IMG/VR virus record: IMGVR_UViG_3300030049_000055
Span: 1 to 28,256 of that record
Reading direction: 5' to 3' (one strand)
Length of the DNA stretch: 28,256 nt
Source of the DNA: a virus
Lineage: Duplodnaviria; Caudoviricetes
The translations under genes were made by a program, and so were the position numbers. The notes beneath the pieces were generated by a model. The model was not told where the DNA came from and did no database searches. It was given only the letters and a program-made list of their open reading frames with translations. Positions 14,855 to 23,688 of the stretch are shown here, in pieces (position 1 is the stretch's first letter; each line of letters begins with the position of its first letter).

Positions 14855-17267
14855 TGGGCTTACCCTTCGCCTTGCTCATGGCCTTCAGCTTCTCACTTTC
14901 CAGCGAGCCCTTCGCATCCCGATCCGCAACCTTATGCTCTCCATCAAACGCCATATCGCCCTGATGCTGCGCCAAATCCACCGCCTTGTGCATGTTCTCA
15001 TGCTGTTGCGTGCTGTTGTGGATCATAATCTCTTTCGCCAAATTCATCGTCGCCAAATGCTCGGCACTCGAACGGTCTGCTTGCTCATTCCTGGCGCGCA
15101 ACGCCAAATCCGCCTGATCCACGTCGGCAAGCTTGGCCTTCGTATGGGCGTCCATCAAAGCTGTTTTGGCCTTGACGATATCGAGCGGCTGCGTCCCGCC
15201 GTCTCCCTTGCCCATATCCATTTGCAGACGAGACTTTTCAAGGTCAATCTTACCCTTGACCTCATCCGACTTGGCTTGAGCCATAATGCCCTTTGCCTTC
15301 GCCTCGTCTAGTTTGGCCTGACCCTCTTGCTGCATCTTGGTAAGCTCTGGCGGCGGCTGACCCATCGCGCTCGGGGGAGCCATGAACTGTTCGGGATTGC
15401 TAAAGCCTAGCGCCTGAATACAAGCCCGGTCAATCGCAATCGGATCGTACAGCGAAGGCGATTGAGCCTGCAATTCTTTCAGCGCCGCCAACTTCATAAG
15501 ACGCTGTATCTGAGACGCCGTGTTCGGATCGGCTTGCGGAACCAAATTGCAATCGTCCAAAGCTTGTAAGAACGTATCCTCATCCCACTTGCGCGTCGGC
15601 TTCCTATTTTTCTGCCAGAAGCTTTCGGGATGCTCTCGGAAGCACTCAGCCAAGAGTTGCAATTCCGTCGCCTGCGAGGCGTGCATCCGCTTATGAACGC
15701 TGTTCAAAATCTTGGTTGCGCCTTCGATCAACGCAAGCGTGGTTCCCACCGGAGCATCAGATTTGCCTTCTCCGACCGGCATTTCCGCCGTTCCGCCGAC
15801 GCGCTGGCCTGTTTCGACCATGTTTTCAATCAACGCCATCAACGAAGGCGCGGACTGCATATTGTAGGGAAGCGGCATTACCGCTTCATTGATCGGCAGT
15901 CCATTTGTTTTGACCTTGGCCGCGCCGCCTGGAGGAACGCGAAGAATGTTTGTGTCTTGCCTCATTCCCATATCGGCGATCAAAAAGCCGGGGAAGTTGG
16001 CATACATGCCCAAGTCCAACAACTCACGCCAAGCGGCTGTTACCGCCATAGTCGTGTTGCCAAGAATGTTGAGCAGGCCAATATCGTAGAAGCCAAAACC
16101 GGGAACGAACGTATATTTAACGAACGTGTCTTTCGCTTCCGGCAGTTCCTTCGTGTCCTCATCGAAATTGCGGACAATCGCCAAAATCTCTTTCGTCGAA
16201 ACATCAATCGTCACGCGATACGGAATTTCCAATCCCGTGATCTTGCCTTTAGATTTGTGTTCAAAACTAAGAATATCAAGCTCGCAATAGCACTCGTAAA
16301 TTTCACGATCCCGATCATCGGGACGCATTGATGTTTCTGTTACGCCCTGCTGCGCCATCTTCTCGCGCTTGACCGCATCGCGCTCTGCCATCATCGGCGT
16401 ATGCAAATCTATATCGCGATAGACGCCTAGAATTTGCAAACGCTTGACGGTCGAAGGCTTCATCATCACGCGATGAGTTACGCGCTTGGCGTTGCGCAAA
16501 TCTGTCGCGTCATTGTTGACGATCAAATCCTCTGCGTCCACATGCTCACTGACAGGGCGATTGCGGAGTGGGCAGGAATAGACTTTCTTGAACGCCGTGC
16601 CGCCAAAGCCGAGCATCAGCAACATGCGGTCTGTATCGGGGTAGTATTCTGTAGCCGTGACTGTTAGATAATGATTGAAGTCTTTTTCAAGCGCGTTCGC
16701 CAGCGTGTCTTGGTTGACGGTTCCGTTATTGCTATCATCGCGGATTTTAGCCGGCCCGTCAGTCGGAAGCATTTCGGATCGGGCGTTGGCCTGAAACCTA
16801 AGCACGGCCTCTTGCAAAAGGGGATGGCGAACTTTGCTCATTCCTTCGACGGGAGCGCCGTCTGCTGGCTGAGACCCGCCTGGGCTTTCCAGACTTAGCC
16901 CGAGCAGGCGAATACCTTTTGCGCGTTCCTCGATCCAATCCTTGCGGCTTGTAATATCGTCCTCGATACCGCGCATTAAGTCTTCGGCGATGCGCCCTAG
17001 TTCGAGTTTGTCGATATCGTCAACTAGGTTATCGAACCATCCAATTTTGCGCTTGGGTTCATCGTTGATCGGCTTGCCGTCCAGGCTGATCGTTATCGAG
17101 CCGTCCGCGTGTTCGATCTTGATGACGTTGCCGTTGTCATCAACGATAGGCTTATCGCCGCCATTATCTCCGGTTTCCTCGATGATAACGTCAGGGCCGA
17201 GGTCTGGAGTTTGCGGTTGAGGAAACGGTGATCTGATATTTGGCGATAGGCCGGGAGTTAGGGACAA
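14841..17267 (-). CDS. Portal protein
   Basis: 808 aa, downstream of TerL. Motifs 'SRKDW', 'VRHPLLQEAVLRFQA', 'GTAFKKVY', 'PGFGFYDIGL', 'APVGTTLALIE' and 'VHKRMH', with a long helical C-terminal barrel. Confidence 0.88.
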   Translation of the reverse strand: MSLTPGLSPNIRSPFPQPQTPDLGPDVIIEETGDNGGDKPIVDDNGNVIKIEHADGSITISLDGKPINDEPKRKIGWFDNLVDDIDKLELGRIAEDLMRGIEDDITSRKDWIEERAKGIRLLGLSLESPGGSQPADGAPVEGMSKVRHPLLQEAVLRFQANARSEMLPTDGPAKIRDDSNNGTVNQDTLANALEKDFNHYLTVTATEYYPDTDRMLLMLGFGGTAFKKVYSCPLRNRPVSEHVDAEDLIVNNDATDLRNAKRVTHRVMMKPSTVKRLQILGVYRDIDLHTPMMAERDAVKREKMAQQGVTETSMRPDDRDREIYECYCELDILSFEHKSKGKITGLEIPYRVTIDVSTKEILAIVRNFDEDTKELPEAKDTFVKYTFVPGFGFYDIGLLNILGNTTMAVTAAWRELLDLGMYANFPGFLIADMGMRQDTNILRVPPGGAAKVKTNGLPINEAVMPLPYNMQSAPSLMALIENMVETGQRVGGTAEMPVGEGKSDAPVGTTLALIEGATKILNSVHKRMHASQATELQLLAECFREHPESFWQKNRKPTRKWDEDTFLQALDDCNLVPQADPNTASQIQRLMKLAALKELQAQSPSLYDPIAIDRACIQALGFSNPEQFMAPPSAMGQPPPELTKMQQEGQAKLDEAKAKGIMAQAKSDEVKGKIDLEKSRLQMDMGKGDGGTQPLDIVKAKTALMDAHTKAKLADVDQADLALRARNEQADRSSAEHLATMNLAKEIMIHNSTQQHENMHKAVDLAQHQGDMAFDGEHKVADRDAKGSLESEKLKAMSKAKGKPNVPD

Positions 17268-17272
17268 CTGTT

Positions 17273-17569
17273 TTATCCTAAGTACAATACATCAGAAGGT
17301 GTACGCTCACGCATTTCTATTTCATTCAGATATTCCAAGAATCTACGCATAGTGTCCTTTAAGAACCTTGGCTTAGTCCCCTTGGGAAACTTCCTATGGC
17401 TTGCCGATACCTTTATCAGCTCGTCCAAATCAGGATCGTCGGGGAACTTTTCACGCCATTCGTCCACATCTTCTCGCGTCAAGGCAACCCATGATCGGTC
17501 AAACCCCGGCGGCGGGGTTTGAAGACCAAAGAAAATAACAAGTTGAAGACTTTCTCTAGTCTTGCTCAT
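17273..17569 (-). CDS. Hypothetical protein inserted between terL and portal
   Basis: ATG at 17567-17569 with SD GAGGA; 98 aa; visibly more AT-rich than its neighbours. Confidence 0.6.
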   Translation of the reverse strand: MSKTRESLQLVIFFGLQTPPPGFDRSWVALTREDVDEWREKFPDDPDLDELIKVSASHRKFPKGTKPRFLKDTMRRFLEYLNEIEMRERTPSDVLYLG

Positions 17570-17573
17570 TTCC

Positions 17574-19217
17574 TCATACTGCATACAAAGGAGGGGGAGA
17601 ACGCCCAATATGTCTCATACTCTCGCCAATCTCCGCAAGACGCTCTGGCGCTCTCGTAAGCAAACCCGCATCGCGAAGAAACCTAAGCGCCTGTGAACAC
17701 GTATCGACAAGATCGTCATGCTTTCCCTTTGGAAAGGTCCGAACCTGACTAATCACCATCTCAGCCCATTCTTTATCCGGCGCATGAACCGTGCCATCGG
17801 CGAAGATATGCTGCACACTATACAGCCGAGACAGCTTGTCGCCGCCCTTCGGATCGATCAACTGCACGCCAAATTTTTCGTGTCCGACCGCTCGGCGAAG
17901 CTCTTGCGCAAGACTTATCCCCGCCGCCTTGCTTTCGACGAGTAGCAAATCGACCGCAAACCGCTTGCAGTCTTTCGAGACTTGCAAAACCAAATCAGGG
18001 AACTCAAGCCTCTTTTGCCATGCGTAGAGCATGATAACTTGCGGGGTTTTCTCGCCATACTCGCGCGGCTCAAGCTCACTCAATCTACCATATCGACTTG
18101 AGGCTTGCGTCGCAACCGCTGTCCGCTCAGACGAAAACACGCCCCAAATCGTCATCGCGCTAAAGTCGTTTTCCTGCTTGGTCGTGTAGGCGGTATCGAG
18201 CGAGGCGCAGACAAAATCCAGCGGCGGATATTTGTCCTCTGTCCAAAGCTGCCACCATTCGTCCTTGATGACGCCGCCACCGCGAGGCGCAGGCTCTTGG
18301 GCGAACTGCGCGGCTGCACCATATGGTCCTAGCGAAGCCTCATCACGATTTACTACGTCGAGCGGAAACCGCTCTGGGAAAAACAATTCGCCCTCGACCT
18401 CGCGCGGATCGCACGTTCCCAACAGCGTCGGGCCAGCTCGGCGCGGATCGAACCGCATCGGCAACATCACATGATCCCAAAGGCCGGGCGTCTTTTTGTT
18501 TAACTCGTCTAGGATGACGCCAGATATGTCTCCTTCGTGAAGGCGCTGCATAATGCAAATAATCACGCTTTTTATCGGATCGTTAAGGCGCGTCGGGATG
18601 GCTTCAAGAAAGTTGTTCACTTCCGATTGCATCGAAACTTCTGACGTGGCGCTCTCGACCGAATGAGGATCGTCAATCATCACGTAATCGGCTCGAATGC
18701 CTGTCAGCGAGCCAATGGCGGTTGCAATGCGAAAGCCCGTCGCCTCGTTGGCAAAGTTCAGCTTGCCGCGTTGATCCTGACTGATCTTGACCTTATCGCC
18801 CCAACGAGCTTGAAACCAATCCGACGTAACCAGCGTCCGCATTTTGTAGGCGTCGCGAGCGGAAAGATTTTCAATCTTATGAGCCGCGCAAAGAAAACGC
18901 ATGTGCGGCTTGTTTCGCGGCCCCCAAACCCAGGCCGGAAAGAACACGTTGAGCAGGAGGCTTTTCATACCGCCTGGCGGCAGATTGATTAGCAGGCGGT
19001 TATATGGCCTCCCGTTGACTTCTACGCCTTCGTCAATCGCCTCCAGGTGTTCGGCGATCATGTCCAAATGCCAGTTGTGGACATAAGGCGCGGACGGTTC
19101 TAGGACGTGCCATGCGCGTTTGATGAAGTAGACGAGCGATCTTTCGCATCGGTCGCGTTCTAGGTCGAATAGCATTCGGGTTGGATTGACGCCGAACGGA
19201 AGTTCAATCTTGGACAA
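17574..19217 (-). CDS. terL: Terminase large subunit
   Basis: Walker A region LLINLPPGGMKS, Walker B YVMIDDPH, coupling motif IMQRLHEGD, and RNase-H nuclease motifs LDTAYT...NDFSA, VESKAAG and HDDLVD. Confidence 0.95.
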   Translation of the reverse strand: MSKIELPFGVNPTRMLFDLERDRCERSLVYFIKRAWHVLEPSAPYVHNWHLDMIAEHLEAIDEGVEVNGRPYNRLLINLPPGGMKSLLLNVFFPAWVWGPRNKPHMRFLCAAHKIENLSARDAYKMRTLVTSDWFQARWGDKVKISQDQRGKLNFANEATGFRIATAIGSLTGIRADYVMIDDPHSVESATSEVSMQSEVNNFLEAIPTRLNDPIKSVIICIMQRLHEGDISGVILDELNKKTPGLWDHVMLPMRFDPRRAGPTLLGTCDPREVEGELFFPERFPLDVVNRDEASLGPYGAAAQFAQEPAPRGGGVIKDEWWQLWTEDKYPPLDFVCASLDTAYTTKQENDFSAMTIWGVFSSERTAVATQASSRYGRLSELEPREYGEKTPQVIMLYAWQKRLEFPDLVLQVSKDCKRFAVDLLLVESKAAGISLAQELRRAVGHEKFGVQLIDPKGGDKLSRLYSVQHIFADGTVHAPDKEWAEMVISQVRTFPKGKHDDLVDTCSQALRFLRDAGLLTRAPERLAEIGESMRHIGRSPPPLYAV

Positions 19218-19440
19218 GCTTCACAGCCGCATTTCGTTTAGTCTTAACCCTGAGATTGTATGTCGGATCGTTTCGCCAATACGATTCCTTAGCCGGATGA
19301 ACCGTGCCATCTGGCATAAACTTTTTAGCGCAATAGGATTGAACCCATTTATGGCTAACCATGCGCTTCGCAACGCTATCGTAAAGCGGCATGTTTGGAT
19401 CGCGCCAGTCTAAGCGAGTGTCAGGTGGAAGTCGGCGCAA
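19204..19440 (-). CDS. Hypothetical protein
   Basis: 78 aa overlapping the terL start; contains 'LDWRDPNMP'. Start codon uncertain. Confidence 0.5.
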   Translation of the reverse strand: MRRLPPDTRLDWRDPNMPLYDSVAKRMVSHKWVQSYCAKKFMPDGTVHPAKESYWRNDPTYNLRVKTKRNAAVKLVQD

Positions 19441-19518
19441 ATCTAACAGGCCCCAGAATGTGATGCAAGGCGGTAGCTAATGCGGCTAGAGATACGCGGG
19501 AGAGAAGGGCGGATTTCA

Positions 19519-19797
19519 TCACACTCCCCAATTCTTCGGATCGAACGGATCATGCTTTGGCTCAAAGCTATCAGGGCCAGATGGCTCGGCAGTTTCAAAC
19601 GTATTGCCTTCGCCATAGACCACGACCGCATTGCGACGAACTTCCTCTGCCGTTTTATCGCCGCCCACCATGAAACCAGGACCGACTGCCGACATTGTAA
19701 TCACCTCTTGCGTAGGCTTTCCGTACATATCCCAGCCGGTCAATACATATTCGCCAGTCATATGCCTCAGGAGCATATCACGAATCTCTTTACTCAT
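19519..19797 (-). CDS. Hypothetical protein
   Basis: 92 aa with SD GGAGG and ATGA overlap. Confidence 0.6.
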   Translation of the reverse strand: MSKEIRDMLLRHMTGEYVLTGWDMYGKPTQEVITMSAVGPGFMVGGDKTAEEVRRNAVVVYGEGNTFETAEPSGPDSFEPKHDPFDPKNWGV

Positions 19798-19952
19798 TTC
19801 TCTGCCTCCCTCAAGACAGACCGCAGTCGAAAGATCATCGGCCTGCCAGCAACCGCGCTACCGAGGCCGTGCGTGTTTGCGATTGCCGGCGTCGCGAACG
19901 AGACGGCAATCGCTAAGGCGAGATAGTTCACGGAAACGGCGCGAATACTCAT
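19794..19952 (-). CDS. Small protein with signal-peptide-like N-terminus (52 aa, below the ORF-track cut-off)
   Basis: MSIRAVSVNYLALAIAVSFATPAIA|NTHGLGSAVAGRPMIFRLRSVLREAEK. ATGA overlaps at both ends. Confidence 0.5.
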   Translation of the reverse strand: MSIRAVSVNYLALAIAVSFATPAIANTHGLGSAVAGRPMIFRLRSVLREAEK

Positions 19953-20155
19953 CCGACGCTCCCAGATATTGCGCCAGTCGGCATACGAAATCGAAAGCGT
20001 TTCGATTTGCTCGACAAAATCTTCCCGATGATAAAAGCCTGTTCTTTTTTCAGACCATCAACGGTCATTTTGAAACCGTTAGGGCCACGAACGCACCAAG
20101 CGCCAGGACCAGCATCATGATCTCGCGAACAAAAATACGGGTCTACGTCACTCAT
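19949..20155 (-). CDS. Hypothetical protein
   Basis: 68 aa, tightly packed in the terS-terL interval. Confidence 0.55.
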   Translation of the reverse strand: MSDVDPYFCSRDHDAGPGAWCVRGPNGFKMTVDGLKKEQAFIIGKILSSKSKRFRFRMPTGAISGSVG

Positions 20156-20162
20156 AGGTAGT

Positions 20163-20486
20163 TCACGGATTAGGCGCAGCAGGCGCGGGCGTCAAAGCCG
20201 CGATCTCCGCATCCACCTTCGCGCCTTCGGCCTGGATGGTCGCCTTGATCGCATCGAGCGCGGTCGGATCAGCGCCAGCAGCTTGAGCCGCAGCCTGAGC
20301 CGCCGCAACCTGAGCCTGCAACGCCGCGAGCGTCGCCGGAATGCCCTGGACAATTGCGATCAGCGCGTCGATTTTGGTATCTTCGGCCGCGACGGCGGCA
20401 GCGATATCGGATGCAGTAGCCATTAGTTTCTCCTGTCGAATTAGAATTGCCACAACGCCGATTAGCGTTAGGATATCATATATCAT
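20163..20486 (-). CDS. Ala-rich coiled-coil protein with possible dual start (hydrophobic N-terminal extension)
   Basis: The ATG at 20486 overlaps the terS stop. A second in-frame ATG at 20421-20423 has SD AGGAG. Confidence 0.65.
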   Translation of the reverse strand: MIYDILTLIGVVAILIRQEKLMATASDIAAAVAAEDTKIDALIAIVQGIPATLAALQAQVAAAQAAAQAAGADPTALDAIKATIQAEGAKVDAEIAALTPAPAAPNP

Positions 20487-21010
20487 TCCTCGTGCTCGAT
20501 CACAGGGCCGCCCAACTGCGCCACAGTCTCACGCAACGCTCCCTCCAACGCATCAAGCTGTTCGTCCGTCAACGTAGAAATGTCAAGCTTGCGCGTATGT
20601 TCCACCTTGACCGTGGACGTGCTTTCAACCGTGGTTTTGTCGCCATATTTCTTAGGAGACATGCGGCCCAGAACCCATTTGCGGGCATCCAATCGGATTT
20701 GCGTGCGCCTGATCGCCTCGCCGTTTTCCTCATATCCGACCGCGCCTTTGCCCTCTCGCTCCATCCAATCGTTTATGGCATTGTCCGATATATCAAGCAT
20801 TTCATCAAAGATGGCGTCAGCTTGGGCTTCCCGCGCGCGTGCATACTGCTCACGGAAATTGTGGTTTGCTGGATTTCCGAGCCATCGCATGACAGCGGAA
20901 ACGCTCGGCATAAACTCGTCTTTGCAGATTGATCGTAGGCTTTCGCCGTTCGCAATCCGATCACATATTTCGTCTGCAATTATGTCTGTGTAATCAGATT
21001 TACGCGGCAT
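20483..21010 (-). CDS. terS: Terminase small subunit (Sf6 gp1-like)
   Basis: 'MPRKSDYT...ADEICDRIANGESLRSIC...MPS...VMRWL...FREQYARAREAQAD...DARKWVLGRMSPKKYGDK'. Confidence 0.92.
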   Translation of the reverse strand: MPRKSDYTDIIADEICDRIANGESLRSICKDEFMPSVSAVMRWLGNPANHNFREQYARAREAQADAIFDEMLDISDNAINDWMEREGKGAVGYEENGEAIRRTQIRLDARKWVLGRMSPKKYGDKTTVESTSTVKVEHTRKLDISTLTDEQLDALEGALRETVAQLGGPVIEHEE

Positions 21011-21095
21011 GGTTCCACGGGTCGCCTACAATCGCTTGCGGAACTGCATATTTATGCGCAACGCGCCACCAGAAGCCATATGCTCTGAAATAATG

Positions 21096-21127
21096 CGGCT
21101 TGTACGTTGGATTTGGCCTACAAGCCG
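21096..21127 (-). terminator. 9-bp inverted repeat upstream of terS (possible terminator or operator)
   Basis: CGGCTTGTA-N14-TACAAGCCG, followed on the minus strand by only a weak U-rich tail (CAUUAUUUC). Confidence 0.3.
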
Positions 21128-21167
21128 GCGCGACAAAATATCCAAACTGTCCGGTCATAAGATTTAC

Positions 21168-21380
21168 TCACGGATCGAACGGAAAAGAAAGACGGTCATC
21201 ATTGTGCGACATAGCGCACGCGAGAGTATCCGACATGGAAACCACGATATTATCTCCACGCAATCTATCATTTTCCTCTCTCAAAGATTTAATCTCCGCA
21301 TGCAGAGCTTCGACAGTTTGCGCGAGAAGTTCGTAGCTTGCGCGATAATCACGCGCTGGAGTTGATAGCATCAGGTTCAT
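21168..21380 (-). CDS. Hypothetical coiled-coil protein
   Basis: ATG at 21378-21380 with SD GAGGG; heptads VEALHAEIKSLREENDRLR. Confidence 0.55.
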   Translation of the reverse strand: MNLMLSTPARDYRASYELLAQTVEALHAEIKSLREENDRLRGDNIVVSMSDTLACAMSHNDDRLSFPFDP

Positions 21381-21864
21381 TTGTTTTTCCCTCGATAGGT
21401 CTAACATGACCGCCTGCGATACGTTTAGCCTTACGCGCCCATTCTGCGGCTGTTTCTTCGTCGAGAACGCGGGCTATTTCGCGATAAGTTCGGCGATGAG
21501 ATGGCAACACCCAGTTTGGGATTTCAATCGATCTTGCGTGCATACTTGCGTACCAAGCACTTTTACGCTGTCCTTCAAGTTCAGGATTGTTCCGTCTTGC
21601 AATACATCTTTCGGAATAAGCTTTTAGAGCCGCTTCGGAATATTTAATTCGAGGCTCAAAGCCTTCGACGATATGCCATACAAGTTTTTTCTTACCGGCT
21701 ATATTTACTAATGTTGGATGTTCGGTTGATACGACTACGCCTGATTTTTTCATTTTATACAACATTAAACAAACTAATTTATACGGCTGATTTACGATTA
21801 CGCTGATTTCTGCGGAAGTTGTTGCGCCGCCTCGAATGGCGGAAAGGACTTGATCGCGCGTCAT
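21349..21864 (-). CDS. Putative DNA-binding protein with N-terminal winged helix
   Basis: 'TRDQVLSAIRGGATTSAEIS...LYKMKKSGVV...VWHI' fits a wHTH pattern. C-terminus 'IPNWV...YREIAR..DEETAA.WARK'. Confidence 0.55.
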   Translation of the reverse strand: MTRDQVLSAIRGGATTSAEISVIVNQPYKLVCLMLYKMKKSGVVVSTEHPTLVNIAGKKKLVWHIVEGFEPRIKYSEAALKAYSERCIARRNNPELEGQRKSAWYASMHARSIEIPNWVLPSHRRTYREIARVLDEETAAEWARKAKRIAGGHVRPIEGKTNEPDAINSSA

Positions 21865-21912
21865 GATAGGCGCAATTCGGCTGTCATGGTAAGCCTGTTT
21901 TTCACAAATTTT

Positions 21913-22500
21913 TCAGTCATTGTCAATTGTCCTTCGAGGCGTCGTTTTGAAATGATTAGCGAGCTTGTAGAGGGATTTCAGCGCGAGGTCGCGTTCGGAT
22001 GATGCAGGGTCGCGATCTTCAATGGTTAGGCGATCCATAATTCCGATTGCAATTCTGGAATTTAATGCGTGTTCGGCGTCTTTTCGGCGTTGGATGGCGA
22101 GTGCGTTTGCGGCGGCGATTTGATCTTCGGTTTTGCCTTCGCCGGTTCCGGGGCCTCTATCGGGAACGTTGAGATCGAGGGATTGCTGATAGGCTCGGGT
22201 CATTTCGTGCCAGAGGTTGCCCGCGAGCCATAGCGGCGTTCCCAGTCCGCTGCAATATCGCCCTAGGGCTGTACCCGCCCGCTCGCTACGCGGGTCGCTG
22301 ACGCCCCTTCTGTGCGGCTGGGCTAGGACGACAGCCAGCGTCTCGACTTCGGTCTGTGCGGCCTCCGCAGAGGCATTGAAACGTTCGTGCGAAAATCCCG
22401 AAATTCGAGTTTGGGTTGGCCGATCCGGGTTGGATCGTCGGACGATGTGGCGTGACCGCTCGCCTGGGCGGCAGATGGTGATGTTTGGACTGGCGCTCAT
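21913..22500 (-). CDS. Conserved alphaproteobacterial phage protein at the late-regulator position (putative late transcription regulator)
   Basis: ATG at 22498-22500 with SD AGGAG. Motif 'VVLAQPHRRG...GTALGRY...LYKLANHF'. Function is inferred only from its position between replication and packaging genes. Confidence 0.45.
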   Translation of the reverse strand: MSASPNITICRPGERSRHIVRRSNPDRPTQTRISGFSHERFNASAEAAQTEVETLAVVLAQPHRRGVSDPRSERAGTALGRYCSGLGTPLWLAGNLWHEMTRAYQQSLDLNVPDRGPGTGEGKTEDQIAAANALAIQRRKDAEHALNSRIAIGIMDRLTIEDRDPASSERDLALKSLYKLANHFKTTPRRTIDND

Positions 22501-22619
22501 GAGGGCGTCTCCTAGCACGAATTGAGACTGTCCGATTTCGTGGGATGAGGCAAGCGCAGCTAATAATTAAGGCCGAATGAAAAATTAAGCCGAACTGCCC
22601 CTCGAAAGCTTCCTTCCTT

Positions 22620-22982
22620 AGACACACTTTTTGAAGCCTATAGACGTGAACATAATATGAACATACTCAAAAATAGGAGTAGTAATGGAATATAGGAATA
22701 TATACTTATAAACACATTTTTGTATGAAAAATCAATAATTTGTACAGTTTTTCTAAAGCGGAATATAGCTAATTGTTTTAGGAACAAACTCCTATGTTTG
22801 CAATGTAAACATATTCGTTAGACCACTCGCGGGAACTTAGAATGGAAAATAGGTCTGCTATATCACGCGATTGGTAATTATCTAATGCAATTAATTAGTC
22901 AAAATCAATGGGTTGCAATGATTTGTTCACTCTTAAGAAAAATTTGCTCAGGCACTTTTTCAGTTGTAACATCAACGATTTA
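22620..22982. other. Putative replication origin: AT-rich non-coding region with short iterons and IHF consensus sites
   Basis: TGAACATA x2 (22647, 22658) and GGAATATA x3 (22687, 22695, 22760), with variants at 22781, 22832 and 22844. Exact WATCAANNNNTTR matches at 22730-22742 and 22903-22915, and a 12/13 match at 22970-22982. Confidence 0.55.
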
Positions 22983-23354
22983 ATGACTTTGCGATGATGT
23001 TGGCGTATTTTTGAGCCTGTAGCGATGGACGGGACGGCCATATCCGAGTGGAGAAATAGACTGAACCTCGATCAAACCGTCCGCGACGAGCTTATCGACC
23101 GCCTTCTTTAACGCCGATGCGTTCATCCATCGGAGGGTGCGCAACACCTCAGATCGCGTTATCTCGCCCTTATTACTGATAAGGATAAAGACGGATTCCA
23201 CCTCCATAAAAGGAGTATTTTTCTGTTTTTCAATAAAAGCAAACCCCAAGTCATTGCATAGCTGTTTCGCCGCCTCCCTCCCAAAAATGGCGCGGCATTC
23301 CGCAATGAGCATAACTTTTGTTTTAGTGTCCAAACTTTTGTAATCTTCTGTCAT
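22980..23354 (-). CDS. Stand-alone winged-helix protein paralogous to the primase-helicase C-terminal domain
   Basis: ATG at 23352-23354 with SD AAGGAG. The C-terminal half aligns with the last residues of 25080..27281 (20 identities in 53 columns by hand). Confidence 0.75.
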   Translation of the reverse strand: MTEDYKSLDTKTKVMLIAECRAIFGREAAKQLCNDLGFAFIEKQKNTPFMEVESVFILISNKGEITRSEVLRTLRWMNASALKKAVDKLVADGLIEVQSISPLGYGRPVHRYRLKNTPTSSQSH

Positions 23355-23393
23355 GGCGATTGTCTCCTTTTTACAGGTCAATCTCTACCATAA

Positions 23394-23419
23394 AAAAATA
23401 TCGCAAAGAAGATATTTTT
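23394..23419. promoter_or_regulatory. Operator-like inverted repeat in the divergent control region
   Basis: AAAAATATC-N8-GATATTTTT. Confidence 0.4.
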
Positions 23420-23432
23420 ACGAAAAAAACGC

Positions 23433-23461
23433 TTGACCTCCACCGCAGACGGGGTTAGACC
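23433..23461 (+). promoter_or_regulatory. Promoter of the plus-strand early operon
   Basis: A-tract UP element, TTGACC, 17-nt spacer, TAGACC (alphaproteobacterial type, no -7 T). AAGGAG/GAGG SD-like elements follow before the ATG at 23503. Confidence 0.6.
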
Positions 23462-23502
23462 GTTATTCATCGGACGAATTTAAGGAGAGAGGAACCTTAG
23501 CC

Positions 23503-23682
23503 ATGAAAACCTACACCATAACCGACATTGACGGTTCAAATCCCCGCCAAGTCACATTGGATGAATTCATGGCTATTCATCGTGCCAATGTCGCGCGCGT
23601 CTCCCCCATAGCCAATGCGTTTCGCAGAGGAAATCTGAAAGAAACAGAAGCCACACAAAATCGCGTCAAATCTGGAAGGTAA
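23503..23682 (+). CDS. Hypothetical early protein (59 aa, below the ORF-track cut-off)
   Basis: MKTYTITDIDGSNPRQVTLDEFMAIHRANVARVSPIANAFRRGNLKETEATQNRVKSGR; first gene after the promoter and SD. Confidence 0.7.
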   Translation: MKTYTITDIDGSNPRQVTLDEFMAIHRANVARVSPIANAFRRGNLKETEATQNRVKSGR

Positions 23683-23688
23683 GAACCC

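Noticed and set aside
21000-21158. 52-codon minus-strand ORF (MTGQFGYFVAPAC...) filling the gap before terS
   Set aside because: Weak RBS, no recognisable motif, and it overlaps an inverted repeat that may be regulatory. It cannot be distinguished from chance.
1039-21365. Many plus-strand ORFs (e.g. 4424..5182, 5289..6104, 15630..16331) overlapping structural genes
   Set aside because: They are antisense shadows of GC-rich minus-strand genes, Arg-rich or featureless, with no RBS and no recognisable motifs.
22565-22594. AATTAAG(G)CCGAA direct repeat as a CtrA box
   Set aside because: The TTAA half-sites are 14 nt apart rather than the 7 nt of the TTAA-N7-TTAA consensus. It may still be an operator, but this cannot be supported.
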